Translations under genes and position numbers: made by a program
Source: Raja brachyura
Lineage: Eukaryota
Direction: 5' to 3'
NCBI GenBank assembly: GCA_963514005.1
Contig: OY740820.1
Location: 23,188,001 to 23,252,000 of the forward strand
DNA length: 64,000 bases
Notes under the pieces: generated by a model
Seen by the model: the letters and a program-made list of their open reading frames with translations, nothing else
Told to the model about the DNA's origin: nothing
The model's database searches: none
Shown: piece by piece, positions 48,972 through 61,791 of the stretch
Numbering within the stretch: the first letter of the stretch is position 1
How the letters are laid out: each line of letters starts with the position of its first letter

Positions 48972-51900
48972 GTAAATAAATTAAGGCCAGTTGGGTGTGA
49001 GACAAATCTGGGAGGATCTCTTTGCTAACCCTTACTCTGGAGTAGAAAGCAATACTGACATCTGGAACTGCTTAACCTCCCTCACCTATCCGATTTTAGA
49101 AGGTAACACTCAATACTTGAGCACAATGCCCTTCCCTGTGGATTACGGTGTCATATTAACTCTGTTGTGTACTGCAGTTAAATTTCTATACACATAGGTA
49201 ATGACGCCCTGAACCCAAAAGATTTTCCAGCTTGTTTGTTGTGCGCCATTTTAGTTGGATTATTAACAATGATCCAATTGTTACATTTCAGCAGACCAAG
49301 GTATAATATGCACAGCCCACATTATATGTATTGTGTAGGATTTATTTTTAATAATGAAGTGCGGATTTTACTGCCAGATCCCTGAATTCATGAACCAAAT
49401 TACCAAGTTGGATTCTCTGCAGAATCTACATAAAAACATAAAATACTGGAAATACTCAGCAGGTAGCTTTTGTAAAATAGAAACATTGTTAGAGTTAATA
49501 ATTGCTACCAATTCAGGTTAATGACCTATTATACCTGAGTATTTACAGCACTTTCTGTTTTTATTTCAGATTTGCAGCAACTGGAGATATTTTAGTTTAA
49601 ATTTCCACAGATTATAATGTGTTATGCTTGTTTCTGAACCTTCACAAAAAAATTGTGTTGGTAGTCGTTAAGACAAGGAACATTATTACTCACATTTGGT
49701 CTATTGCCTGAGAATTTATATATTTTGTATTTGGTAAATTTTACCAACTCGACATGCAGAACTTAGTAACAATATTCATCTGCTTCCTATTGAAGCACTC
49801 ATCTCTTGAATCATTCACTTTGTGTCATTAGTTCCACAACTAATGACGCTGGTTGTTATAGCTTTTCAACCTAAATAAACTCAATTGAAGTGATGCCTTT
49901 GGTGAACTGCGGCAGAACCAACTTCACAAGAAACTATTGCAGCCACCCAAAGAACCTATCCCAACAAGATTCAACGTTTTCAAGACAAGGAGATATGAGA
50001 TGAATATTGAAGATATCCCACAAAGCGAAGGACATATTGAGTAATGTTCTTTTGACTGTGATTGAGTGTTTCCTTTTAAAACAGTCATGTATTTGGTACT
50101 TAGATAACTCTTGCATTGGAAATCCAAGCTCAACTCTAGAAGATATAATCACGCTGTTCTTGAACTGGATGTGGGCCATTCCATTACTAAGGCAATCTTC
50201 CTCACTAGCACTTACTACTTCCCTGGATATTGCCCATCACAGTATTCACCTGGTCGATTTTATTTACCAAATTACCGCATGTCACAGCTCAACTAATCAC
50301 ACTGCTTGGGTTGCACTTACACGTCTACTTTGTCTCTTTCACACGTAACATCTAAAATCAATTTATATTCTAATGACTGAGTTTTATTAACAGCATGTGG
50401 GGTACCTACCATCTCTTTATTTCCTTTCACTGGCAATTTTGGTGCTGAAATGTTTAATTTCAACTTTTTAATAAGAGTGAAGTGTTAATATTGGTTAATA
50501 TGAATATTTTATATGTTGTATCTCTTGTGGATGTTTTTCATTATGGTTGCAATTTCATTTCCTACGCAAAGGTCGTCAAAAAGTTTCTGACAAGGTAGGT
50601 CATGTGTGGACTAAGGGCCGTATTTTATAAGGTACTAGATTCATTCAGGACCTGTGTCTGACTCCCCATCCCCAACCCTCTAATCTATGGCACTATCGAT
50701 GAAGCAAATTTTCATCCCAATTACAGTGCTTTTTATTGTATAAAAATTGAAAATTCTGGCGAGAGTTAAGCAGGTCAGGCCTCACCTGTGGAAAGAAAGT
50801 TAACGTTGTTTTGTTGCCTTGTATATGGCAATCTGTTAGATGAGGTCAGGTATTGATGCCACATGGATTGCTAAAGTTGAATTGTAATGCATATACAGTG
50901 TTTGAAGGCTGTGGTTATTCAGCCATGTATTATATCCCTCAACCCTTACAGCCTGATGGATTCCAAACCGGCCACTTTGTACCCACTTGGAAATTGTGCT
51001 GGGAAAGAATATTATAAGCAAAAAAAACAGACGACAAGATTCCAGCATTTGCAGCTTCTTCCTTCTCCACTTTAGTTTACTTTCTAATAGCAGCTCATAA
51101 TCAGATCTAAAGTAAAGCTCTTCCTGGTACAAGCGATGAGATCTAATTAAAACTACATTGTTCAGCTGTTTGTTTGTCAGTCAGTTCATTAGATGCTTGG
51201 TGCGGAGAAGACAAGGCAAATTATTGACCGTTGAAGTAAAGTTCCAAGTTACGCACAAGCTTAGAGTTCACTTGGTGAAGGAAACTGCAGGATGTCTTTG
51301 GTAGTAATCACAGCTTCTTCATTGGGTAAAATCAATGAAGTGCAGAGGATTGGTTCAACACACTTTCTACACTATTACTGATATAACGGGATTTTTTTTT
51401 AAGTATGACTCAATTAAGGTAGTTGAACTTTACATGTTTTTTGCCTGACATTCTTAATTCATCATCATGGATAACAAGTCTCTACTGACTGGTCAGACGT
51501 TACGTAGCTGGAAGCTTTCTCCATACATGATCACAGACAGGAATGCCAGTATTATAGTTGTACCCCTGAATGTTTCCCACCGTTTGTTCAATTTTATTAC
51601 AATTCCCGTGACAAGGCTGAATAATGCCCTTTTACAAATGTGGATGAGGGGTAATAAAAGCTCATATTTTCCAAATGGTTCAAAGGGTCTGACAAAAGAA
51701 TGTCTTCACAGAGTTTGAGCAGAGATTTGCAAATCTCACATCCTTGAAATATTATTTAAGGTGACCCCAAAGAAATATGTTTAATGTTTATGGAGTGGCA
51801 CAGTTGAAGCCACAAAGGTAATTGGGTACATCTGACATCCTTTGTGACAAGAGTTAGGAGAGGCCTGGCTGAATGTCACTTGCACAGACACATTGTTCTG

Positions 51901-52964
51901 CCAATAATTTATTTCCCATCCTGTCTTAAGCTCCCCTCCCAGAAGATTGGCTTTGCTTTGGTTATGTGTTAGAATGTAGAGGACGTATTTTGTAGCAGAT
52001 TGTCGTGGAGTGCATTGCAAGATGGGGGTGTACCTTATGAACAAAGCAGTTTGTCTGTACAATGGTGCAGATTTTTGCAAGAGGCATATTCCCGCATTGT
52101 CCTTAAAGTTAACTCGAGAATTAGGTGTAAACCATGCTGCCTCATGAACATGGCACATCGAACAGCACAATACGGGAACAGCCCCTCCGGCCCACAATGT
52201 CTGTGCCGAACATGATGCCAAGAACAACTCTTTTCTGCCTGTACATAATCAACATCCCTCTATTCCCTGCATATCTTGTGCCTATCGAAAAGTCTCTTAA
52301 TTGTTATGCCACTGCCGTATCTGCCCTGACTTTTAGGTTCTTGACCTAATAAGTTGGGGTGTGTTTTGTGAAATAGTTTCAGATAAAGGAGAAGACGTGC
52401 TTGTTAGTGATTCAAAAGTGATAACATTGAGGTTTAATTTCAATGTTGTATGAATATGATTTGGTTTTTTTAAATCAATCACAGCAATTATTATATACAG
52501 CTCAGTTTTGGGGGTAACATTTCTTTTGAAGTCAAAACCTGGATCTTTACTTGAACAAGAACAATATGATCTCCCTACTCCGAATTTGGATCTGCTGGTT
52601 GCTGCATGGACAAGTGTGCAGTGAGACCGGTCACCAGCCAATACTAATGACACACTGCCACCCTCAGGCTTCCATGGGCACTAGCTGTCTTCTTTCACAT
52701 GTAACACATGATAGATAACCTTTGCATTGTTTCATAGCAGCTGCTCGTCCTTTGTTCAAATCATTCATATAATTTAAGTGTATAGAATTTGAGTGGGTGT
52801 GAAAAAAGATTTATAATTTATTAAAATAATATCTTTACTAAAAGAAAGCACAGGATTTAATTTCATATCGGTTGAGTGTGTGTGTTCTGAGTCTTACAGC
52901 TGAGTAATTGAGAGGGAATCATGAAGCTCTCCGTTTGAAGTGAAATCGCCTTTATGGAGCAGTA

Positions 52965-53110
52965 TGATTAAGAAAGAACTGCAGATGCTGGAAAAATCGA
53001 AGGTAGATAAAAATACTGGAGAAACTCAGCGGGTGGAGGCAGCATCAATGGTCCTTCGCTCCATAGATGCTGCCTCATCCGCTGAGTTTCTCCAGCATTT
53101 TTGTCTCCCT
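52965..53110. mobile_element. Penelope-like fold-back copy
   Basis: Inverted arms; tttat(g/a)gagcagta duplicated at 52951-52964 and 53111-53124. Confidence 0.8.
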
Positions 53111-53203
53111 TTTATAGAGCAGTAGATGTGTACGGAGCATTCAGAGTAGGATTGCTCAATCACAGACACCCTTAATTTCATGGAAGGACCCTCGGAGCAA
53201 TGG

Positions 53204-53299
53204 AAGATAGACACAAAATGCTAGAGTAACTCAGCGGGACAGGCAGCATCTCTGGAGAGAAGGAATGGGTGACATTTTGGGTCGAGACCCTTCCTCAGA
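53204..53299 (-). mobile_element. Short Penelope-like element copy
   Basis: gagcaatgg duplicated at 53195-53203 and 53298-53306. Confidence 0.8.
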
Positions 53300-54683
53300 G
53301 CAATGGCCGTGGTTGTTTTATCCCCACTCCCCCAAATAGATTGAGGTCACGGAGTCAGTAATGGAGTCAACAAGATAGCTTGAGCTGTAATGTGTCAGCT
53401 TGATACAGAGCTGTGTCATTTAAATAGTGCAGTGTTCACTGAGTTATCTCAATTCCTCAACCGCTCATTTTCTTGCCAAAAGACAATACCTTTTTATTTC
53501 AATTTGTTTCTGTTCCTTTCACCTCAATATATTAAATATTAATTTACAAATTGCTTTATAATTTGGGAATACATTATTCTGTACAAAGTACCAAATGTTG
53601 GTAATCTGCACAACTAGCTAATGCAAGTTAATTTAGCAGCTTAAGGTTTCATTCCTACTGGACGTTGGTCTCAGTTGAAGCCCATGGACGTTAGAGATGA
53701 AACTGTCTTCCAATAATTCAGTAATTTTCATTCTTGCATGATGCTTCCATCTGGAAGATACATTTTCCATTCACATTTACATAAATGTGTGGTGGCCGGT
53801 GGTCACATTTGGCAGGTTACAGTGCAGTTTTTCATATGTTTGATTAGTCGAACTTTCAAAATTCACAAGCTGAACTCTTTCCATCACCCATTATTCATTT
53901 ACATTAATTCCAACATGCTGTGGAAACTTTGAGTGAGGAAATATTTCAGTGCACTCAGTCTTGTTCAATGCAGGAACCTTATTTGATTTAGCTTATCAGA
54001 AATATTCCTTGAAGTTTACCCTCCACTTTTCATAAAATGTGACATATTTGTACTAAACCCATAAACAAAACCATTGTTAACAATTGCATCAAAACTAATG
54101 AGTTCTTGAAGTTTTTTCCCCATTTTGGATGTGTCAGGTAGTAATACATCTAATAAACGAGCAATATTTAACTTTGCCAGGATGAACATTTGGCATATGA
54201 GAGGGTCTCATGTTCCATCCATGAGTTGACCAACCTTCAGGTTCTGTAAGTGGACAGAAACTTTACCTCTCATTACTTAATTTCAATTTGTGTGAAACTT
54301 TCTTAGTCTTTCAAGGTGGACGTGATGTGCGCTAACTTTCGAAATTTGAAGATAAGCTGACTTACAGAAGAGATGAGCCTTTTATTTGCCACAAGGTTCT
54401 TTATAATAAAGTGCTTACCAGCTGAATCATATAAAGTCAAATTTCAGATTTGTATTCTAAGGATTCAATTCCCTGATCATCAGTTTTTATTCAGTATTAA
54501 AGTATGTGGCTATTTGAATTGATATTCATTTATATGTTTCCAGTGACCAAAATGCATTTTAAATGTAGAATTCTGCAAACAAACAAAAATGATTTTCTTT
54601 TTTAATTAGTAAACTACCAAATTAATGGTAGGCAAATATGGTCAATAATCTCAATAGTACTAGCTTCTATTCTGTGTTTGCAG

Positions 54684-54790
54684 ATGCAATCTACTAAAAA
54701 CGAAGAGCAGAAGAAACTGCATAAAGCGCAGTCTCAAGATGAATTGGGTAGATCGGACTCTATTCGGAAGAGTAACGTCCCAGATGGAAG
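54684..54790 (+). CDS. MYO9A: MYO9A exon R: MQSTKNEEQKKLHKAQSQDELGRSDSIRKSNVPDG(R)
   Basis: tgcag| acceptor, AG|gtgaaa donor, 107 nt, phase 0/2. Confidence 0.88.
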
Positions 54791-54845
54791 GTGAAAAAGA
54801 TGAGAGGGTTTATTACACATTGGTGCTAATTGGGCAAGATTTGAA

Positions 54846-54978
54846 GTGTGTGGGAAGGAACTGCAGATACTGGTTTAAACCGAAAATAGACACAAAATGC
54901 TGAGGTAACTCAGTGGGACAGGCAGCATCTGTGGAGAGAAGGAATGGATGATGTTTCGGGTCAAGATCCTTCTTCAGA
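54846..54978 (-). mobile_element. Short Penelope-like element copy
   Basis: agatttgaagtg duplicated at 54837-54848 and 54976-54987. Confidence 0.8.
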
Positions 54979-55024
54979 TTTGAAGTGCTTCAGGTCATCC
55001 TTCAGTCTGCTGCAGAGTCGAACC

Positions 55025-55368
55025 AGACAATAGACAATATGTGCAGGAGTAGGCCATTTGGCCCTTTGATCCAGCACCGCCATTCAATGTGATCGTGGCT
55101 GATTATCCCTAATCAGTACCCCGTTCCTGCCTTCTCCCCATATCCCCTGACTCCGCTATTTTTAAACTCTCTTGAAAGTATCCAGAGAACCTGCCTTCAC
55201 CGCCCTCAGAGGTAGAGAATTCCACAGACTCACCACTCTCTGTGAGAAAAGGTGTTTCCTCATCTCCGTTATAAATGGCTTACTCCTTATTCTTAAACTG
55301 TGGCCCCTGGTTCTGGACTCCCCCAACATCGGGAACATGTTTCCTGCTTCTAGCGTGTCCAAGCCCTT
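55025..55368 (-). mobile_element. CR1 3' fragment
   Basis: DTLEAGNMFPMLGESRTRGHSLRI..FSQRVVSLWNSLP; (agacaat)n tail. Confidence 0.85.
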
Positions 55369-55942
55369 GTCATTAGTTGTACGTGTTCTTGTAATAGTGA
55401 TTCAAGGCTGAACAAATTGCAAATATATTTAGTCTGTAGTCACAGCAAAGTAGATCTATTATTTCTAATATTTAAATTAAGAAAAAAAGAAAATGTGCTG
55501 AGTTTTAAATTTTCTGCCATGTCATCTGGAGGCAAAATGGTTACTCGTACGTGTTTCAGTCCAGAACCTTTAAGATTCAGGTGACCAAAACGCACGATGA
55601 GTTTCTTTTTTTTTCCTCTGATTTTCTACCTGTTTTGGTTAATGAATCGTGAGTTGTGCTCCCCACTTAGTTTCCAATTAGTTGTCGCTCAAAGTTTTAA
55701 TTGAACTGCTGAAAACTAGACATAAAATTCTGGTTACTTATAGGCTCGCATTTCCAAACATTCAGTGTTATATAAAAGGATTTCTGAAAAACCAGCAGCA
55801 TTGATTCAAACCGCTGCCAATATGTTGGTGCCTCCAGCTGATCACTGGAATATTTATGATCTGCAGCCATGACCTACTTTTCGAGTATAAGTTTATTAGG
55901 AAGCTGAAAATCATGACTGAAATGAATAACAAATAATTCATA

Positions 55943-56148
55943 ACAAAAGACACAATGTGCTGGTGTAACTCAGTGGGTCAGGTAGCATCTGTGAAGAATG
56001 TCGATAGATGACATTTTGGGTCGGTGGCCCTGCTTCAGTCTGAAACGTCACCTATCCATGTTCTCTGGAGATGTTGCCTGACCCTCTGAACTACTTCACA
56101 CACTTTGTCTTTTTCTGTAAACCAGCATCTGAGGTTCCTTGTTTTCAA
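55943..56148. mobile_element. Penelope-like fold-back copy (older)
   Basis: Inverted arms around cttcagtctgaaacgtc. Confidence 0.7.
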
Positions 56149-56240
56149 CAATTCATTCCTGGTTGGAGATTACTGTAACATCTTTTTTTGATCTAAATTC
56201 ACCAATGTATGTTTTTCTGACCTTTGATTTTTAAATGTAG

Positions 56241-56446
56241 AGCTCTGAAGGGTCGAATGAAATTCTGGGGAAATAAAAAACAGGGAGAAAAGAAATTGTC
56301 AAGGGAGAAACTGGCCACTCAGTCAGAACTCCAGGAACTGAGTATGGATCAGGACATACAGGCACCACCGTGGCATCAAGAGGTTAAACCGACTGGGAAA
56401 TCACTCAGTCTACCACTACCAGAAGGAAAAGACAGTATGGTGAAAG
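56241..56446 (+). CDS. MYO9A: MYO9A exon S: ALKGRMKFWGNKKQGEKK...DSMVK(G)
   Basis: tgtag| acceptor, G|gtaaaa donor, 206 nt, phase 2/1. Confidence 0.9.
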
Positions 56447-58380
56447 GTAAAATAAATAAATAACATTTAAAACATTTAAAACAGTTGTTACCATTTATCA
56501 AATACTTGGTGTTTTACAGTAATCCTTCACGATTCCTCCTATAGGATTATTGCTACACATCGCAGAAGCAATTTTTGTTTACATGTAGCACTTTCACAAG
56601 GAAGTGTTATGAATATAATTTACATGTTTGGTGGTGTTTGGAAGAGCATTGGCCAGGGCACTAGTTTAACCTGTTTCCTTTACAGTACCATACAGATTTC
56701 TTGCAAACTAATTTGGAAAATTCTCCATATAATATTAAGAATTATTAGGCCATCTTTGGTTGCTGAGGCTTTTGATATCTTCAGCTGCATACATTCACAC
56801 GCGGAGACTATATATGGAGTGTTAATCAATGTTTTTCCTTACGATTGTATTTTCCTGTGGCAGATAGTATTCTGTATTTATTCACCGTGAGGCAAATGTG
56901 AGTTATATTTAAAGTTCATTTTTTATTTCATGAAACTTAATGAAGATTGGAAGCACAATCTTGGACGATCTTGTTGCTTGAAATTGACAGCTAGATTGTA
57001 TTGGAAGGAGTGCAATGAACCCATTGATTATACATTAATCATGTAACAAAACTTCAACTCAATCATCTCACTCAAAATTTGAACCAAAATAATATGGTTC
57101 AAACCCCATTCTCACCTTAAAACTGTAGCTGCTTGCAGTGTAGCAGCTGCTGCTGGCATCGACGATGGCTGCCACGGTGGACTGCTGCACCAAGGCAAAT
57201 ACCTTGTATGTGAATACTTGGCCAATAAACTTATTCTTATTCATTCATATGGTAGAATTGAGTTGCATTCAACCTGCCTTCCACTAAGTTGGGCTGGACA
57301 AGGAAGTCTGAATGAGCTGATCCTCTACATCTGGGAGGCATAGCAAGGTGTCTGAACCCCGCAAATGACAAGGGAAAGGCTAGGGATGGAACCTTGTTTT
57401 GTTAAACAATTTCATGTGATTGATGTGCAGAAACATTTAAAAAACCAAGATTATTTTAAAAATAAAAATTAAAAGTTTAAAAATAAAAAGTACTAAATAC
57501 AAAACACTTGTGAATAACTAAAATAAATGAGAAATATAACCAGGCGTACCTTTAACTAATCTACAGGCCGGGAATCCCCATTTGAATTGAATTGCTGTTC
57601 TTATGCCAGGTCTGATGGGCATTGGATCTGAAGATGGATTGTGCAGTGTAAGGCTTGATTAGGCTTCACTGTTGGCTCTAGCTGGAATGATCGATGCCCT
57701 GTAACACCACAAACTTGCAGCACTTTGAAGAGAAGGGCACAGGCCCGGTCAACGTGATTTGGCCATATATCGTCTCGATATTCAAACAAAATGCCTTTCA
57801 TCCCATCTGGGACAGGAGTTAACAGAATCTTAGCCTCCTTTAATGTCTGTAACATGGTGCCTTTAATAGATTTAATGTGCCTTTTAAGCCTCAGACAATC
57901 TCCGCCAACCTCAGGGCACAATTTGCATGCTCAGCTCTTAATTTGAATTTAAAAGTTAATCTTAGAAAGTTAATTAATGCTACAGTACATCCCCAAGGAA
58001 GTATAAAATCAAAGGGAATGAATGAAATAAAGTACAAAGTCTCATTTTTAAAAGTTATGTAGGTTGGCAATACCACGGGGTAGGTTGCAATGTGATGGAG
58101 GATGTACTCACTCTGAATGAAAGCACTGCAATGTCAGATTTCAGGCTACTTAGTCAAATGCATTCTCACTTTGAACTATAATTTAGTGTGCATTTTTAGA
58201 CTAATTGAACCAAAATGGTTAATTTATTAGGAATGTTTACATTGCAGGGAGAAAGATTTTATAGGAATTCGAGGGCCAATTGTTTTTACATAAAGGGTGG
58301 TCAGTGTATGGAACAAGCTGCCTGAGGAGGTAGTTGAGCCAGATACTATCACAACATTTATGAAACATTTGAATACATGA

Positions 58381-58760
58381 AGATGGACACAAAATGCTCA
58401 AGTAACTCAGCGGGACAGACAGCATCTCTGGAGAGAAGGAGTGGGTGACGTTTCGTGTCGAGACCCTTCTTCAGACTGATGCCAGGGGAGAGGGAGATAC
58501 ATATATGAGGAAATGTAAGGTGTAAAAATAGAACATAGCGAATGCAGATCAAGGAGATCAATGTAGAATAGATCATTGTTCGCTGGGAGAAGATAACAAC
58601 AAAGCAAACAGAGACGGTACAACTGGTCCGAGAATTGGGAAGGGGGTGGGATGGAAAGAGAGGGAAAGCAAGGGTTACTTGAAGTTAGTGAAGTCAATGT
58701 TAACTGCCTAAGTGAAACATGAGGGGCTGTTCTTCTAATATGCACTGGGCCTCACTCTGG
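58381..58760 (-). mobile_element. Penelope-like element 3' fragment with decayed GIY-YIG tail and hammerhead core (58447-58474), adjacent to a CR1 fragment (58235-58380)
   Basis: Reverse complement aligns by eye with 27740-28145; minus strand reads ctgaagaagggtctcgacacgaaacgtc. Confidence 0.8.
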
Positions 58761-59628
58761 CATAGAGTGACAGGTTTCTGAGGTTAGTGTAGAAAAGTAG
58801 CATTGAGGTAGAAATGTTGCCATCTTATTGAATGAAGCAGTGTGAGCAAGATGGACTATTCATGTGACAAGTTTAAATTTTATGTGATTAATATTTTCAA
58901 ATTTCTTGCTGTGAATTGAATTTTATATTCCATCATAACATACTTGTGCTCATAGGTGAGTTTGAAAAGGAGTACGGTACATCTACATAAATTCAATGTT
59001 TGGTTTAACGGGTATATAGAATTGATCGGGACTATTAATGTGGGATTTTATTTTGAATTTGGAAAATTTGAAAGTTTGACCAAGTTCAACTGATTTTGAA
59101 AGATTTATTGAACTGCAAAAAGAAAATGGAGATTTCTTTATATAATTAATGGCAAAAACTAAAGGCTGAAGAGAACAACAGTTCATATGTTGGGCATTGA
59201 AAAATCTAAATATAGCAATAATGAACCCATTGTTTCTGTCCTGATTTGGGGTCCAATAGTAACGCATGACAACAGAATTAAAGGCATATCTATCCCCGCT
59301 GTGATGCATTTTGTGAGGAATTTAATAAAAGTAGAACTATTTAATAAGTTTAGAGCTTTTCCTATTTTTCCCTCTGGGGATGTACTTGGCCTCTGCTTAG
59401 CACAATAAATTGAAGCAACCAGTAAAGTTACATAGTTTAAACTGGGAGCTCTTGGTGCAATCAATACAGGCAAAACCAATTCCAATATTCTTGTCCACTA
59501 AAGTTCCTGAATATATCATTGGGATTGTAACATAATATTAAAAGATTGATGAGAAGAAAACAATACCAGATGAGTTAGTTGCAGAGATGAGTTTGGTGAT
59601 GCTTTTGAACTTTGCTGTTGTCACGCAG

Positions 59629-59858
59629 GTCAGGCTCCTTCACCTCCGAACCTAACTCCTCCTCGAAGTCCTGATTTAGGAACAGAGCAAGGGAAAGAGT
59701 TCAAAGAGAACAGAGAACCGTCACCCAAAGTGAAGAGAAGGAGAAGTGTGAAGATCAGCAATGTTGGCCTGGAGCTCTTTCAGTTGCAGCATGACACCTT
59801 ACAGATCATCACCTGTGCCAATGATTTCAAGTGTATGAATGAATTCCTGCAGAAGAAG
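59629..59858 (+). CDS. MYO9A: MYO9A exon T: QAPSPPNLTPPRSPDL...KENREPSPKVKRRRSVKIS...MNEFLQKK
   Basis: cgcag| acceptor, AAG|gtaaat donor, 230 nt, phase 1/0. Confidence 0.93.
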
Positions 59859-60244
59859 GTAAATATGAAGCAATATGTTCACCAATATTGGGAGAGGTGG
59901 GATGGCATCTTTTGTCCCTGGATCCAAGTTTCCATCTAGACCAGACAAAAGGCAGGAGGCATTTTATTGTCCTGCATTTGTAAATTATCTTGGACAATTA
60001 CAGGACAGTTCATAATGGATTGAGACTGGGCTGGGAGAAGTAAAGGGTTGGGGAGGAGGTATGTTATATGGGCAATGCATTTTACTTTGCATCATAGTAC
60101 CATAATACTATGACTGTACATACTACCAAGACATTGGACATTTTTCAATTGCAATGCTGAAAATGTAATTTTCCAACCATGTATAATCATCTGATAAAAT
60201 ATGGATGTTCTGATGTTAACCATTGTTCACGTCAATGCTTGTAG

Positions 60245-60361
60245 ATCACTGATCTGGACACTGATGACAGCAAGAAAGATACATTTGTGGATGTAGTTTT
60301 CAAGAAATCTCTGAAGGAATTCCGTTTAAATATCTTTAATTCTTATTCAACAGCTTTAGCG
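60245..60361 (+). CDS. MYO9A: MYO9A exon U: ITDLDTDDSKKDTFVDVVFKKSLKEFRLNIFNSYSTALA
   Basis: tgtag| acceptor, GCG|gtaagt donor, 117 nt. Confidence 0.95.
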
Positions 60362-60692
60362 GTAAGTATAGGTTTTTGGCTTGTTCATGGGGTGAGATAT
60401 GAAGCAGGAAATAACTGAATGAGTAGTTTTTGTTGTGGCTCTTGGGTTTTCTGGAATGAACATTTCTTTATTGGTTCAGTGGAACTGCCTGAAATCCTTT
60501 CTCTGAATGGTTGTTTTGTGGGGAAAAAAAACAAATGAGCTATTAGTGAATCATCAGTGTTCCAGGATGGAGCAACTTATTTTTCTGCCCTGTGCAGGAG
60601 TGATTTATAAAGTGTATGATGTGAGTGGTTTCATGATGGAGTGCTTTGACATCCCGTTCCTTTGTTTAGTTGTAATGTTGTTTCTGTTGCAG

Positions 60693-60881
60693 ATGGACGA
60701 TGGGAAGAGTATCCGGTACAAGGATCTGTACGCACTGTTTGAGCAGATCCTAGAGAAGACAATGAGGCAGCAGCGACGGGATTGGAATGAGTCACCTGTC
60801 AAAGTGTGGGTCAACACCTTTAAGGTGTTCCTGGATGAGTTCATGTTAGAACACAAAATTCTGGACAGTGGTACAGGGAAG
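60693..60881 (+). CDS. MYO9A: MYO9A exon V: MDDGKSIRYKDLYALFEQILEK...KVWVNTFKVFLDEFM...GTGK
   Basis: tgcag| acceptor, AAG|gtgaga donor, 189 nt. Confidence 0.96.
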
Positions 60882-61458
60882 GTGAGATGTTTCAAACATT
60901 TTGTTTTTACTCTGAATGACATTTATTTCAGTGGATATCATGGTGAATCAAAGGCCCACAATACAAAGCACCAGATGTGAAATTAAAACGGAGAAGTCTT
61001 GTCTCTAGATAACACTGTTTGGTTTTCAAATTTCCTTTGAAAGGAAAGACCGTGGAAGGTAGGGAACTTTGCAGGTGAACATCTTGATGGTGCGTGTACG
61101 TGACATGTGGCATCAGTGGGGGATAAAAAGCATGGGAGATACTTCATAAGAAGCTGAGACCAGAAGAACTACTTTCCTAGTAAAGTAATGGATGGAGGGC
61201 CATAGCACCCTCGCGTTCATGCGAAGTGAGTGATACCAATTGGAGAAATATTACCATGTGTGTTGGTGCATTCACCCGGAAATCCTGCCCCAGTAATCTT
61301 CCCGGTGGATCTTGGTTGACTGCAGGTTTCAGTTTAGCTGACATTCTTCAATATTTGCAAGTTGGCAAACACTTGTTTTCTGAGCTGGCAGATGCCAGAT
61401 AAACTGTTGGTTGTGGCTTGATCCTCAAGACTCAAAATTCAGAAAGGAGAGCAAATTG

Positions 61459-61555
61459 TGTTTAAGAAGGAACTGCAGATGCTGGAAAATCGTAGGTAGA
61501 CAAAAAGCTGGAGAAACACAGCAGGTGAGGCAGCATCTATGGAGCGAAGGAAATA
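61459..61555 (-). mobile_element. Short Penelope-like element copy
   Basis: agagcaaattgtgt duplicated at 61448-61461 and 61555-61568. Confidence 0.8.
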
Positions 61556-61791
61556 GAGCAAATTGTGTGTTTGAAATTTGTCTTGTGTTCATTCTAGTAG
61601 CATAGTATGTATACGTATCGTTCATGTATGGTAGAGTCATACAGCATGAAAACAGGCCCTTTGGCCTAACTTTGGCCATACAGCATGTGGCCCATATCTG
61701 TAAACAGTAATGGCAAGGGCTTTATATTTTTTATATTATTTTAGACAAATGTTGTTACACACTTAGTCCAAAATTCAAATTTGTTTTTCAG

